A stretch of 51,749 nucleotides of DNA, the filler included, from Sphacelaria rigidula (lineage: Eukaryota): the NCBI GenBank assembly GCA_964200075.2. It is 3 parts of 3 records of this genome, joined end to end, with 100 filler letters (N's around TTAATTAATTAA, not from the genome) between each part and the next. Parts side by side here need not be neighbours in the genome. Positions count along the whole stretch, not along the records: positions 34,577 to 51,749 come from CAXNAA020001152.1; 2 more parts are not named here. One strand, given 5' to 3'. Every line of letters starts with the position of its first letter. Within the stretch, counting starts at the first letter, position 1. The translations under genes were made by a program, and so were the position numbers. Below the pieces are notes generated by a model. The model was not told the origin of the DNA and searched no databases. It was given only the letters and a program-made list of their open reading frames with translations. This document shows positions 35,441 through 48,700 of this stretch, piece after piece.

Positions 35441-35773
35441 CGCACACGCGGCCATTTGGCTACCTCCGAACTTCCTCCGGGTGGGTACACTTTTCGAGCC
35501 TCCAGAGGAATTAAACGCCTCCGGAGGGGTGAGCGGCCGTCCGGAGGAGATTTTTGGGTTCCCTCCAGAGGGGGTTGGACGCCTCTGGAGGCGTATTCTT
35601 GCCTCCGGAGGGCCGCGCATAGCCCCAAATTCTTCCGGAGGGGTGCGCGGCCCTCCGGGTCGGTAGAGTTTGGTCTCCTCTAGAGGGATGGAAGGCCTCC
35701 TGAGGCTTGTTTTCCCCCTGGAGGGCCGCGCATCCCTGGCATTTTGGGGTGTAGCCAAATGGCCGCGTGTGCG
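35441..35773. mobile_element. MITE with perfect 23-bp TIRs and internal CCTCCGGAGG palindrome array (CACTA-like if CG is the TSD)
   Basis: cgcacacgcggccatttggctac ... gtagccaaatggccgcgtgtgcg, with about 11-12 variants of cctc(c/t)(g/a)gagg at ~20-bp spacing. Confidence 0.85.
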
Positions 35774-35938
35774 GAATTTGGGCTGGAACAAGCCAGGATC
35801 TTCGATGACCGGTCAGCCCGCAAGTCACTCAATATTGAGCACATATTATGGTATTTTTTTGGAATGTGGAGCGGGTTCTAGTATCTTCAGGTCCCCAATG
35901 TGATGAGCGGTGGCGCAAGCGAAGGAACCCAAGAAAAT

Positions 35939-36475
35939 CGCCAGTATCGTAAGACATTGCCAATTGCCCGACTTTGGACGCGGGGTATTGTACCTAGTAT
36001 CCGCCAGTATGAATCAGTATGAGGAAATGAAATGCGCAATATCGCCATTATCTGCCAGTACCAGGCGGCGACAATGCCCAGTATCACCAATATCCGCCAG
36101 TGTCATCCTCCATAATACGCAGTATCGCAAGTATGCACCAGTAGTATGAGACTCTGAAATACACAGTACCGCCAGTATCCATCCGTACGAGACGGCAAAA
36201 ATACCCAGTATCGCCAGCATCTGCCAGTACGAGGCCGCAAATATCCAGTATCGCCAGTATCCGCCAGTACGAGGCGAGGAAATCCCCAGTATCCCCAGTA
36301 TCTGCCAGTATGAGGCGGCGAAATACCCAGTATTGCCAGTATCCGCCAGTACGAGGCCGCAAATTACCCAGTATCCGCAGTATCCGCCAGTATGAGGTGG
36401 CGAAATACGCAGTATTACCAGTATTCGCCAGCATCAGGCTGCAAAATACGCAATATCGCCAGTATCCACCAGTAT
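35939..36475 (+). repeat. ~41-bp minisatellite (ccagtatcgccagtatccgccagtacgaggccgcaaaatac)
   Basis: Roughly a dozen diverged units, with related units also at about 34811-34910. Confidence 0.88.
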
Positions 36476-36719
36476 GATATCAGGAATTACTGGGGGTGTA
36501 CGGATACGGGCCAGTACGGAAATCCATACGGACCATACTGGTACGGGTCATACGGGGAGCACCTTTGAAATATTGGGCTGAGCATGGGCCTGCAAACTTC
36601 AAATCCGCCTCTTGGCTGGCCCAGCTCGTAACGACACCGTTAAAGGACAACACAAACCTAGGTGCCTTGACGTTTAGGAGAGTAAGTATTCCCGGTGGTG
36701 GGTGTGGTACCTTCTTTCA

Positions 36720-37465
36720 CAACCAACCAACCAATGCGCGATCTAGAGGCCGTATTGCTTGAGGGCTGAAACACGTGTATATCGTTTTTCAACGAATGCT
36801 TCAATGTCATGAGATATAAACAATTCATATCGCTATACGGCATAGCTTCTATTATCGTTACGGAATGTATCAGCTATCTAGATGCCATGTGAAATCTAAA
36901 AGTGGGGCTTTCAAGGATGTCAGCTTGTTGCCAATGTTGGTGTGAAACCAATAACCATCTCACGAGGCAAGCCATCGATGATCTGGAGGTCATGTGAAAA
37001 TTCCCAGCGCGCATAACTTGAATTAAGACATTCATGTGGAATCTCGATCAAGATACAGTAGCAGTCAACACCTTCTTATGCTTCCAAGGAAACATGCCAA
37101 ATGTTCTCCATATGTTGATCCAATAACTACTCCAATGAACAACTGTCAGATCTAGAGGTCGCGTCAATCATCAAGGGCCAACAATACGTATATTTCTCCG
37201 TTGAACACAAGACTAAATATCGTTGAACGACATATTCTACATCCTTGCACTCTGAGTATTAGTGCGATAACTATCCCAAGGTACCAACTAATAATGCCAA
37301 TCTAGAGGTTAGGTTAAACCGTTCAGGGCTCAAAATATGCATATTTCTTCGTGACACTACGACAAAGTATGGATGAAAGACACATCAACTTGCTAGACGT
37401 TGGTGCAACAACTGCTCTGACGCACCCACCAAACGGCGATGTAGAGGTCACGTGAATTTTCTTGG
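36720..37465 (+). repeat. Highly diverged periodic repeat with core gatctagaggtc(a/g)(c/t)gt
   Basis: Core at about 36740, 36876, 36979, 37149, 37299 and 37438, usually preceded by ccaa-rich sequence. Confidence 0.55.
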
Positions 37466-40036
37466 CTACTAAGGCCGTATGTCTCATCGACACCCGAAGA
37501 AGAAGCGAGAACGGGAACAAGTATCCGAAAGCGACATGTTGATTAATCGCCGGGCGGGTTTACGGTTACGGCTACCAATCATGCTGCTTCCGACGCTTCT
37601 TTTTTTTTCCCGCTTCTTCTTTTGGTCCCGAGAAGACATGGCCTCAGGCACTTCTGCGTTGCACCAATGTACAAAAAAGGCTTACAAGGCTAGGGCCAGA
37701 CTGAAAGAAGCAAGTTCTCAAGTGGGACAAAAATAGGTAGTCTAGAGACGAACGCGAGAATCTATGCCATCACTGATTACATCCAAGACTAGCGTGAAAA
37801 GAATCCAAGAAGATTCCTCCACTACAGTACACCACCGTGCGACAACTACACGGCAGCATTTCGTACAAGATTTGTTGTTTGAGCCGACAGCCCTCACACA
37901 TAAAATAACTCTAGTTTGTTCTCTCGTACTCCGTCACCCTCTACGACACGATAAATGATGAACTCCGAGTCACCTGCTACGAGGGCGAGCCCAGAGCAGA
38001 GCCTAGTGTGACGCGACTCAGGTTGTGTCGGCTACGGTCTTGCTTATGAGGAAAAAAAAACATCTTGACGTACGCTCCACGATTCCCCATCCTCGGGTAA
38101 CACGCAAGCGACGCATAGTGCTCGTTTACTCGTTTTCATACCTTCCAACGAAACGACCATCTCGATTGCGATCCGGACCAGCTGACTCCTCTATGAGCCG
38201 CAAGCTGAATCAAAACACGAGTAAAAAAAAAAATGAAACAACACCTTCCAGAGAACGATCGACAAAAAGTCATTTGCCCTTAGACCTTCCAGTATTGCCC
38301 GAACAAGCAATGCATAACTGCCATCGCCCCCGCGACCATACTCCTCTAAATATATCAACCTTTATCTTCTATACCGCATAAACAAGTCGGGAACATGTTG
38401 CACGGAACATGCCACAATTGCTCTCACGGCGACAGAAAAAACATTCATCGAGTAAATTCCTCTGGCAGCAAGCTAGTAAGGTCAACGTATCACACACAAA
38501 CACACACACACACACACAAAATCAGCACGCCAAACGGCCGGGAGAGCCGGCTATGCAAGCGTGCGCACAACGGAAAGTGAAATCTTCCATGGGTTCTATC
38601 GCCGCTAGACAGAACGGCGCACCGGCCCACTGCAGAAAGGCTGCGACATCAATGAAGAAAAAAAAAACCTTGGACACCCGCCACAAAATGCGGAACTCGC
38701 GCCATCTCACCACAACACACCATGAAAGAACTCCTTAGAGTACATGAAAATCTCTAGCTACATTACTTCGCATCACGAAAAAAGAAAAGTACAACAACAA
38801 ACAACAACGAATCACCGCAGGGCTCCTTGCAACTCCAGCCGCGAAGCTCGTGAACAACGTGCGTTGTTGTCTCACGATTCGTAGTACACAACACAGACAC
38901 AGACAGAAACATTCACTCACACTCGAGGGTAATACAGTAACGTATTTCGGGCCGCCCAAAGTTGCCTCCAATATCCAATATCGAATAATTCTTGAAATGA
39001 AATGAAGCGCTCGCTCATGATGACATTCCCCCCCCCCCCCCAACCTTTCATTTTCACCTCTTCCTAGCAACGTATCAAATCAGTGAAGTCCCCGTACACC
39101 TCTCCCACTACTGAAATACTATCTGCATGTCATTTTCAACTCGAATATGATTGACCACTCAAAGAAGCTTACTCGTACATGTTCCCGCGTGATTCCACGT
39201 TTCCCTCCATTTTTGGAACATTTTGCTTCACCAGTGACTTGGAACTTTTCAACTCATCTCCGTTAACAAGCAGCAGTACGCGCGCAGTACGCCTCACTTC
39301 CCTCCATTCCTCACTTTCCCTCTGAATTGGTCAAGAGCAAAAACGTCTGCCTTCTTCAAGGCACACTGATCTTACTGCTTGCACTGACAAAGAAATACGC
39401 CATCAGCGCAAATAAGCGCCGGTGCTAAAACAGTACAGAACTGCGATGGATCAAACAATTTGCGCTTCCAACGCAGTCTCCAAAATCCAGGCGTTCCCAA
39501 GTAAAAATGAACGCCCGGCACAGCATGGCTCTGCTGTTTGTGGGAGCAACCTCGATTTCGGCAGGGCTGTGCACCTGAAGCATCTCGAGGTGTCGATGCG
39601 AACTTCCACGACAAAATCACAAGACATGCAGCCTCGACACTGGTATTTTCTCTGCTGCTACAGCTGTTTTCAGCGCAACTGTCGAGCAGAGTCCTGTGAA
39701 AATAAACACACCTCCAACCCTGTTCATGCTTTCATGTCTTATTTACTCAACAACAAGCAACCACAGAATGCTCTTTTCCCCGCCTGCCGCTCACCCTTCT
39801 TCACCCCCACCAAAACTCATGAACCCCGTAGAACGAGAGCAACGGTCTCCTCTCAAGCGATACACAGCGCTACGATTGTCTGTGCCGTGAACAGTCTCTA
39901 CTTCATGTCAGAACCTACTCAACAGGTGCTCGGACCCGCCTTCTCCTACGCCCGCCCGCGACGACGTGGAAACTCTCAACTGTACAAATCTCCGGCCAAA
40001 TCCGATGAGCAAATGCCGCCGGCTGAAAGGCGAATT

Positions 40037-43000
40037 TCAGGAGTTCAGCCACAGCCACGGGTGGGCGCACAGCTGGTCGATAGTAGGCCGTTCGCTTGGC
40101 TCGTACAGCAGGCACGACTGAATGAGATCGACTGCCTGAGGAAAAGAGCACAGCAAAGATACACGGGAGTGGACGAGAAAAGCGTGCTGACATTAGGTAC
40201 ATGGCTACCATCACAAAGGGTCGACATCGACATCCACACCCGAATCCGAGTCGTCTGTGACGTTATCCCGGAGCAACTTTCTGAAGTATACAAGTCGCGC
40301 AACGTACCTCAGGAGACATGTCCATGTTCCAATGACGAACTACGTCCACGAGCCGCTTTTCGACGGAGATTACGCGGCAACGGGCATCCTGCCCCGGCAG
40401 AGGCACCTCGAACGGGGGCTTCCCGGTCAGCATGCTGCCGTGCAGACAACATACAACAAGCGGGGGTTCACAGACGGTTACGATATCGTCAAAAAAGGTC
40501 GTGGGTGTGATCCAACAGATGGTAAACCGTGGAGGCTAAACGGTGTGCTGTGTGGCCTGTAGGGCTTCACTTGATGGTCAAATCTGGGTGACACGGACGG
40601 CGGTGTCCCCGACTCCTCCATGCTCAAGACATGAGATGTGCTGTTTACAGTTTTAGCCAAAACTCGAAGCCAACAAATAAGGGTACTTATAGCTCACATG
40701 AAGAGAATGATGCCGCATGCCCAGATATCGATTTTGAAGCCATCAAATGCCCTTTCGCTGAGCAGAATTTCGGGCGTCATGTAGTTTGCCTTCCCGCACG
40801 GCCCCTGAGGGAGCATCAGTCCAGCGCGCCCATCCCGACCAAGAGGGACCTGGAGTGCCATCCCGAAGTCTATTATTCTCACCTCACCATTGTCGGTTAG
40901 CAGGAGATTCTCCAGGCTCAGATCCCTACTCAACGGTGAAAAGAGCAAAAACATTACTCAATAAATTGTGGCTGCGAAGTATGCGCATAAAACTTTCATC
41001 AAGCTCATTCGGAGTATAATTGCACAGCAACCGACTCGAAACAACACTGGTTTCTCCATTCCGTTCGAGTGGTGCCATCAAGCCTTGCTCATCAGACGAA
41101 GTTTTCCCGCCATACTGCTCGGAGACGGCATCGAAGGCGTACACACTAGACGCAAACATATGGGAATCGTGCGGTATCTTGCGGCCCTGCAGGGTACACT
41201 TTAGTTAGCCGGGACAGGGACTAAAAATGAACCAGTTGAGGAACACCACACCGTCACCGTCCGAGGTTACCGTTGCTTCTTCTCACCTGTGGCAAACTTG
41301 GTGTTGCTGCAGGAACCCAACACCTTCCAGCACCTGCCGAAACAGTGGCCGAGCCTCTGCCTCCTTCAAGCGGTTCCTAGCCGTGACATGGTCGAACAGC
41401 TCTCCGCCCTCGCAGAACGGCATCACGACGTAAATGCTGCTCGAGTCGTGCAGGACCTTAAAACCAATACCGGCAATGGACAGCCAAAAACAGGGAGTGA
41501 GTGACAGCAAACGTCATTAATGCTTGTGTTTTTCGTTCAAAACGCTGTCGTCGGCCGTGTCCGCACAGGTACAGACCATCTTCATAATTCAGATGTGTTC
41601 GAAACGGCGATGCTCCAGCAACTCACAGTGGATTTTAGCATACGTCGTAGTATTTATATATTTTACTGTTGCTGTAAAGCCAAAAATGATCCCTTTCGGT
41701 GCATACAGTTCTACTAGCATGGAATTAGAACGGGCTGGAGTACCTCCACAGCCAGAGGGTGAGACGTCAAACACTGGATGAGTATTTACTGCAAGGGATA
41801 GACTGCAGGCCAGACTGTTGATCGGTAGAGATCCATTTTCGTTCAAACATGCGGCGTAACCTTTAACCTCACACCATCTGGCAACTGTAGAGTATATCTA
41901 GGCTTTCGTTTCTCATGCTTTCGCATAGATCGCACGATGCATGCAGTCTTGTTTTTCGGTCTTCCACACTAAAATCAAGTAACTGTAACGCCTCCGCGGG
42001 GTTTCCACTTCAAAATGACCCCTTTTTGAAGAAGACGGAGGACAGGGGAACGATTTACTATCAACAACCACCGGCAAAATTCGTGCCTTGTTGAGTAGTG
42101 TGTACGGCAGAGCATAGTCTCCCCTTTCATCCCTCCCGACTTGATAATTCACGATACTGTACTCTGTGACTCTGTGCCATGTCTGCAGTCAGGGCTGATA
42201 ACTTCACGTGAGCCTCCGCATTGCACGACGACCCCATTTACCAGGTAACAAACCAGAAACAAATACCTCTGTGCAAGATATTATGTTGGGATGGATCCCG
42301 CTACGGGTCAGATGTTGCATCACCGACACCTCTTTCAAGGGCTCCTCGTTACTTCGCCCCTGGATTTCGCGAATCTTGTTCAACTTCATTTCCTGCTACG
42401 AGCAAAGCAACACCAGACATCGCAAACAGGGGAAAGCGGAATCGAGGACGACGAGTGCATAGTGTAAGTCACCATGTCACCGGCGTATTATCGGCAGGAC
42501 TTGTTCTCGTGAACAATGTGGGGGACGCAACATTAACCACATCACACAGCTACTTGCACTTGAGGGACACCAGGCGAAGATATTGACTGTTCTGTTCAAC
42601 ACCAGAGGGAAAAAAGTACACAGGAAAACCATGCGGTTAAATGTTCGATTTTCATCCTATTCGATCACGAAAGGAACAGCGGGCACCGAAATGCCGTGTG
42701 ATCCCCTGCGCACCCCGGCTTGAAGGTAGCCAGCGCTGGCTATAAAAATGTAGCGCGCCTCATCACAGGATAAACCACAAATATCCTCGAAGAGCTGGCG
42801 ATAACCACGCACAGAGCACGAGAGATCTGAGTCATGGGAGTGAAATGGTTATAACACATGGCATATTAATGGCCGCCACCCACATGCCAGCGTTGTTGGA
42901 CAAGATACTCCGCAACATCGAGGTGCTACGCTTGTGGTGTGTTCCACGACTCCGACTGAGAAACTATGCCATGTTAACGCCGCACTCGTACTGATGTACC

Positions 43001-43537
43001 TCTGCTGTACTGGCCTACAATGGTTGGCTCTTGTATTCACGACTGAAGTGTAGGGGCTTCGTCCAATATGAGTACAACCCTCCATGCACGCGCCTGTGAA
43101 CCCACCTTGACAGCAAAGTACGAGTGCTCGTGCCCCCACTCCCCAGACGGAAGCACGACGAGCTCCACTGCGCGGAACACCTCACCGAACCCGCAAACCC
43201 TGACAGAGCTGAGCACGTGCCATCGTCTGCCAGAAGCTTCCGACACCAGCATAAATCCTCGATTGTTAACATCCGAAGGGAATTGGCTTGTTTCCCTCCG
43301 CCCATGGGCGAAGGCAGGCTCGGGAAAGGGTTCAGGCAAGACGGCCAGGTTGTTGTGCTGCGACATCCCTCCGATCCACACGGGCTTCGATGTCAAGATT
43401 GCGGGTGACTGCAGGGGAAGGATGTTGTGATGGTTGTTGGTCACGCATCCCACGGGTACCCCATGCCCTTGCTGTGGTTGTTGCTGATGGCGCTGCATGT
43501 TGGTCGGTCCCCGCCCCACCGTCGTTTCAGCGTACAT
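40037..43537 (-). CDS. Ser/Thr protein kinase, CAMK-like, 393 aa. Exons 43537-43106, 42392-42267, 41456-41287, 40925-40698, 40434-40308, 40135-40037
   Basis: All five introns are GT-AG and phase-consistent (1182 nt including stop). Motifs FGEV, FAVK, KE, HPNII, MPFCEGGELF, HRDLSLENLL, IDFGMA, GKANYMTPE, DIWACGIILFIMLTGKPPF, ERPTIDQLCAHPWL. Confidence 0.95.
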
Positions 43538-44164
43538 TGTTTCGGTTGATTGCTGGGGTTAGAAGGCGGAGTGAGGGGTGGAGGGGAGTTGTTGATGTTC
43601 TTTAGGATGAAAAGGCAGGAGCACGAGGAACAAATGTACACAAGTGCACGGAATGATGCAGGACTCTACTGGCACGGTATAATGCGGCATACGGTAAATA
43701 CAAAGCACGCGGCTGGATGTGCCATGGCGTGTGGCGGGCGGCATGATACTACATGTTGGCTATTGATACTGTAGTTTGAGACGAGGTGTGCGTATAATCA
43801 ATTCCCAAGTAAAATGGTGCGGATATCATATGGTATGGTAGCGGTCGAGGGATACCCTGAAGGATGGTGTCTACACGAACAATCGGTCACTTCGCAAGAG
43901 CTACACCGGTAGTTTTCAAGCTGTTTTCTCAACAGGAAGTGCTATTGCCCCCCAAGCACAAACTGATGCTACACCAAACTGAAGTCCAAGCTTCAACGTC
44001 CAGGTCTGCTACAGAAAACAATTTTGAAGGTTGCGCACTTCTTCGGAACCGAAAGTTAAACGACCGGTTAATACCGCACTAATTCCGATCAGTATGAGTA
44101 CTCTGCGCGTAAAGATCGGCCTCTACAGCCTCTACAGAGGTGCATTCAAAACGACCGGTGCGAG

Positions 44165-44310
44165 GGGGTCGGGGGGGGGGGGGGGATTCGAGGGTGCCCC
44201 ANNNNNNNNNNTGGTGTTCGGTGCCGTCCCGTGGGCGGGGGGGGGTGGGGGTGGGGGGGGGGGGGGGTGGGGGGGGTGGGGGGGGGGGGGGGGTATTCGA
44301 GGGTGCTCCA
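44165..44310. other. Poly-G noise and 10-N assembly gap
   Basis: G runs with attcgagggtgc duplicated on both sides of the Ns. Confidence 0.8.
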
Positions 44311-45765
44311 TATACCAAGTGCTGTATAGTACTGCCGAGGCGCCAAGATGTCAGTGTCAACTGTTTGTCGCTCGTCAATGATCATCCACTGAAATTCAGG
44401 TCAAATTAGATATCGGAACGTGCCTTGGATCAAGGGCGAGAGTGGTAAGACGCGTGTGGTCGACACGTTGTTCTCCACGCCGGTTCCGAGGACAAGCACC
44501 CCATCCTGACTTGCAGGACACAACCCCCGAATGGGGTCTGGATTCTTCGCACCCGCTCTTTTCCGGCGGGTGTTACTGCTGCTGACTGAACTCATTTTTT
44601 GCTGTCGTGCGCAATTGCTTGATCATGTGTACTTTCAAGAGAGCGAGATACTTTACAACTGAAATTTGGATATGAAGTTCAGAACTATACAAGTATTTCG
44701 GACTTTCTTACTTCTAGGGTACAGTGCCGTGCACCCACTACTCTCCCACGACACCCAAGGGTGCAGCGAAGAGCATACAGGCGCCTCAACGGGAAAAGGA
44801 CCGTACCCAGGCAACTCCAAGCTTGCCTGCGTACTCTCGCATCCGAAATAAACACTTGAAGCAAACACGGTCCACTCTGAAGGAAGGTCACGATGCCAAA
44901 CACGGCGACAGAATCAAGCAATGCCACCCGATTGCTATAAAGCAAGAATAAATTGCGACTACAATTTTGTAGTTGCACTCACCACTTATTCGCTGACCGA
45001 AGGAAGCGGCAGCCAACTCACGAACAGAAGAAGGACAAGCACCAACACTTGACTCGAACTACCACAGCACAACAGCGACAGCGTAGTGCTACCTGTAAGG
45101 GTTGGCGTCTGCGTGTTACCGTTGTACTTGGTGGGGGAAATTGGTCCTCTTGGTGCCTGAAACCACGGAGAGATGAAGGAGTATGACTTTCGCGAGGGGT
45201 TGTTTGAACCCATCATCTGTCATCCACACCGTCCAATCAGCGTTCGGCGTCAATACTGTCATCCGGTTGATAACAAACAAGTGGTCTACAAAATAAAAAA
45301 AAAACATGGAACCGATCAAGTGCAACTACACGATCGACTGAACTTGCACGATTAATCCTTTGATCGCGAGGGTAGGTAGATCACCTGCTGAATCGCCATC
45401 AATTTCACCCGAGAAAAATATTCGTGATCCAGATGAACTACCCGCGTCGCGGTGGAGGGGTCAAGATTAAGAATATTGAATATTGGCCGGTCTTGCGCCC
45501 AAAACAAATCGGAACAAAAGCTGACGTATTGTCGCTCCGCTGCCCACTGGTGCAACGCGTAACCCCAGATTCAATGACACGGGTTTGTTGACTGTGGTTT
45601 ACATGACACGTGAGCGAAGTTTCAGCGAGTTGAAGCGCCGACAGCGCATGTACGGCCATGCCTCCCCAACGCTGAAAAAGACTCCACGACTGGCATTTAA
45701 GGTCACGACAAGAAAGATTAACACTGTCTTTATGTCATGACCTGTAATCGGCACAAAATACTGAG

Positions 45766-48700
45766 ATGGACAAAAGCGTGAGTAACGGCATCCTTACTTC
45801 ACTACTCTCCGAAGCACCCATAACAGCTGCCGATACGGAGAAAGTAGTACCAGCAATGAATTCATGTGATAAACTACACTGCTTTAGGCCGTTTCTTCCG
45901 GTTGGGTATTTCCCCTCGTATTTCGCAACATATTATGAGGAAAAAATGCCGCTAGGAAAATACTATGAGAGAGATGTTGACCCTAGCTTACGGTTGCAGA
46001 TATATTTTTGAGAAGGGTGGGTACCAAAAAAAGGGTGGGGGATACCAAAAGAAAACGGTCAGCGGAAACCGAAGGGATGTGCAGGCCGAGGCGAGGTACA
46101 GAGACCTAAGACTTTGCCATGCCAAGCTCCCTGTGTTTAGGCAAAAATACCTGAAACGTAGACCTCCCCCGATCGCTGCTGGCCCAGCTCGCACTGTGTG
46201 CAACCTGCCATCTTCAACCTATACTACTGCCATAATATCACGTACGCGGCAGTACGGACAAAAGTACTGTACGGTCTACTACTACTGTCTGTACTGCACT
46301 CCTCCACATCAATTCTAGTGGAGCCGTCGTATATAACCGTCTCCAACCTGACATGTGCGTATGTATTCAAGTCGATCTCGTCTCGTATTTTTTCAAAAAT
46401 AAGAAGCCAGGAGCGCCCATTTCGTGAAATAAATGTTCCCCATCTCGTATATTTTCCCCGAGAATCTTGTGAAATAACCAACCGTAATTTTCAAGCTGAA
46501 ATACCTACAGACTGTGCATTATATGTTTTCCTCGTATTTTTGTCCAGAGGCCGCTCTCGAAATCTCTTACTCAAGCGAACCGGAAAAGTGGGCTAGACTC
46601 CTCTCGGTAGGGTGATACAAAGTGTCCAAGACGTTTGGTGGCGATTTTCCCTGTTTGGGGGTCAAAAACGTTGTCAAATGTCCTAAAAGTGGAAAATACG
46701 AGCCAAACAAAATACGAACCGGAAGAAACGGCCTAACTCATGAAAAAAACAAACTTTGTACGCCAGTATTTTTTTTTATTTTGCCCTACTCATTGTCCAT
46801 ACCAAATTTCAGAGTCCAACTCCAAGTATTGGCCGTATAATGGGCATGCAAACTGCAGATTCGCTTCTCGGCTGGCCCAGCTCGTATTTCGTGGGTACGA
46901 CTTCGAACCCTCTACCCTAATTTGAGTACCTCAAGTTCAACTTTCAGAATACCCCGCAATAGAGTATACTCTACTCGACCTACCCTTGGAGTTATTCTCG
47001 TTTTCCGCATCGTTACAGCCGGGCACAGTACTTCTGCGTGTTACTCCGAGCCAGTCGCTCACACGGTTTCGATACGCGATAGGTCAACATGCATGTATGC
47101 TGTGCGGCAATACAGCCACCACACTCTGTGTACAACGGGGGGCAAATTCTTCAGCTTACTAATGGAACAGCTGGATATCATTACAGCATATCCTGGGCTG
47201 TATGTCGTTTTCACACCGCCAAGTTTTCGTCGAATCGATCAGCATCCGCCAGTGTATCCCTGCTTCAGTTTTGCCTTCGCTGCACTTTGTTAGGTGATGT
47301 TTGATTGATTTGACTGGACACCATCAATTTAACTCGCACACAGGGATTGCAGCTGTCGCAGGCCAACAAGGAGGAGATCAGTCGCCTGGTTCTCTCTGCC
47401 ATCAAGCAGCACACACAGCCGGGGCGTAAATCCCTTTCCGCTGAGCAATTTGCTGAACGAAACAGGGCGAGGCGCGGCAAGCACGTTCGTCGACGGCGCA
47501 AACTAGCCCGCTCCGCCGTCAACAATGGCAGACACAGCCCGCACGACTCAAAACAGTTCTCCGAATCATCAAATGCACGAAGTTCGTATGACCAAGCGAT
47601 ACAGCACGTCTCGAATGTAGCGCCCGGCGATCCCTCGTGGTGCCACAGTGACAGCGTGTTGATTCGGCAAAGCTTAGAACAACGACCTGCGCCAATGGAG
47701 GTATCGCTGGAAGGGTTGTGGTTACCATCATTGTCCCCGCTCGCCGCCTACGACACCAGCGCAGCAGCAGTAGAAGAAGAGGAAAAAGAAGGGCATCAGC
47801 CTGCTGTGGGGTCACGTTGGGCAGAGAAGAGCGCCGCCGTTCCCGCGGCAATCAAGTTCTCAGAAGCAGGCGTTCCCACCACACAGAAGGGGCTATGTAT
47901 ACGGCCTGCCACCGTTGCCGCGAAGGCAGCGCTCACCCGCAGTTGCGATGGCAAAACCGAAACCGTTCCTACGGCTGGAGGAAGAAGTGGGGCAGCCACC
48001 GCAGTTGGCGTTAGGAGACATGATGCAACGGCTGTTGTTGGAGAAAATGTTCGATTGGGCATGGTAAACCTTCCTCGACGAACTGATGAAGCAAAAAGTA
48101 GGCATCGACGCGTGTCTGAGGAGTCATGGGGCAGGGCTAGTGTTCGATGCCCTAGTGATGAGGAGGGCGAGGGCGACGAGGATGGTGAAAATACCGAGAT
48201 ATGTCAGCACACAGCAAGCATGCTAGCAAGATCGCGAGTACTCGTGGCGAAGGCAAAGGTGGGGGACGTTTCCGCTTGCAATTCTGCGTGGGTTCCGTAG
48301 AGACATGACACCAACGTACCGATGCGTGCCTCTGCAGCGTGAAAACATGCAGTCACCTTGCCCGCCACTGTTCACCACAGTGATTGCTTTGCCCATGCTT
48401 TTGTTATGGCTTGTTTGCAGTTAACAGTGTTCCCGTACGCCCCGAGCCCAATACAGTAAAGCCAATAGTAGCGTAGCAAGCTTCAGCTGCACTGATGACT
48501 TCCCAAAATTCATCAGCACAATTTCTACATGCATCCTGGCAAGAGTCATGTCCACCCGACGTGTATGCCGAAGTGTAGATTGCCTCCAGTAACTGAACCG
48601 TGTCCTGAATCCTTCCCTCCCATATTTTGGATGTTTGAATGCGGATGGAGGAGGCGTGCTGTGGCCACGTTGCCAGGGTCATCCCACCCGACCATGGCGA

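Noticed and set aside
39422-40510. 362-aa + strand ORF
   Set aside because: Antisense to the last kinase exons and 3' region, with no recognisable motif; most likely a shadow ORF.
45778-46011. Continuation of ORF 45766..46011 as an 81-aa protein
   Set aside because: A consensus gtgagt donor follows codon 4, and the rest runs into a MITE.
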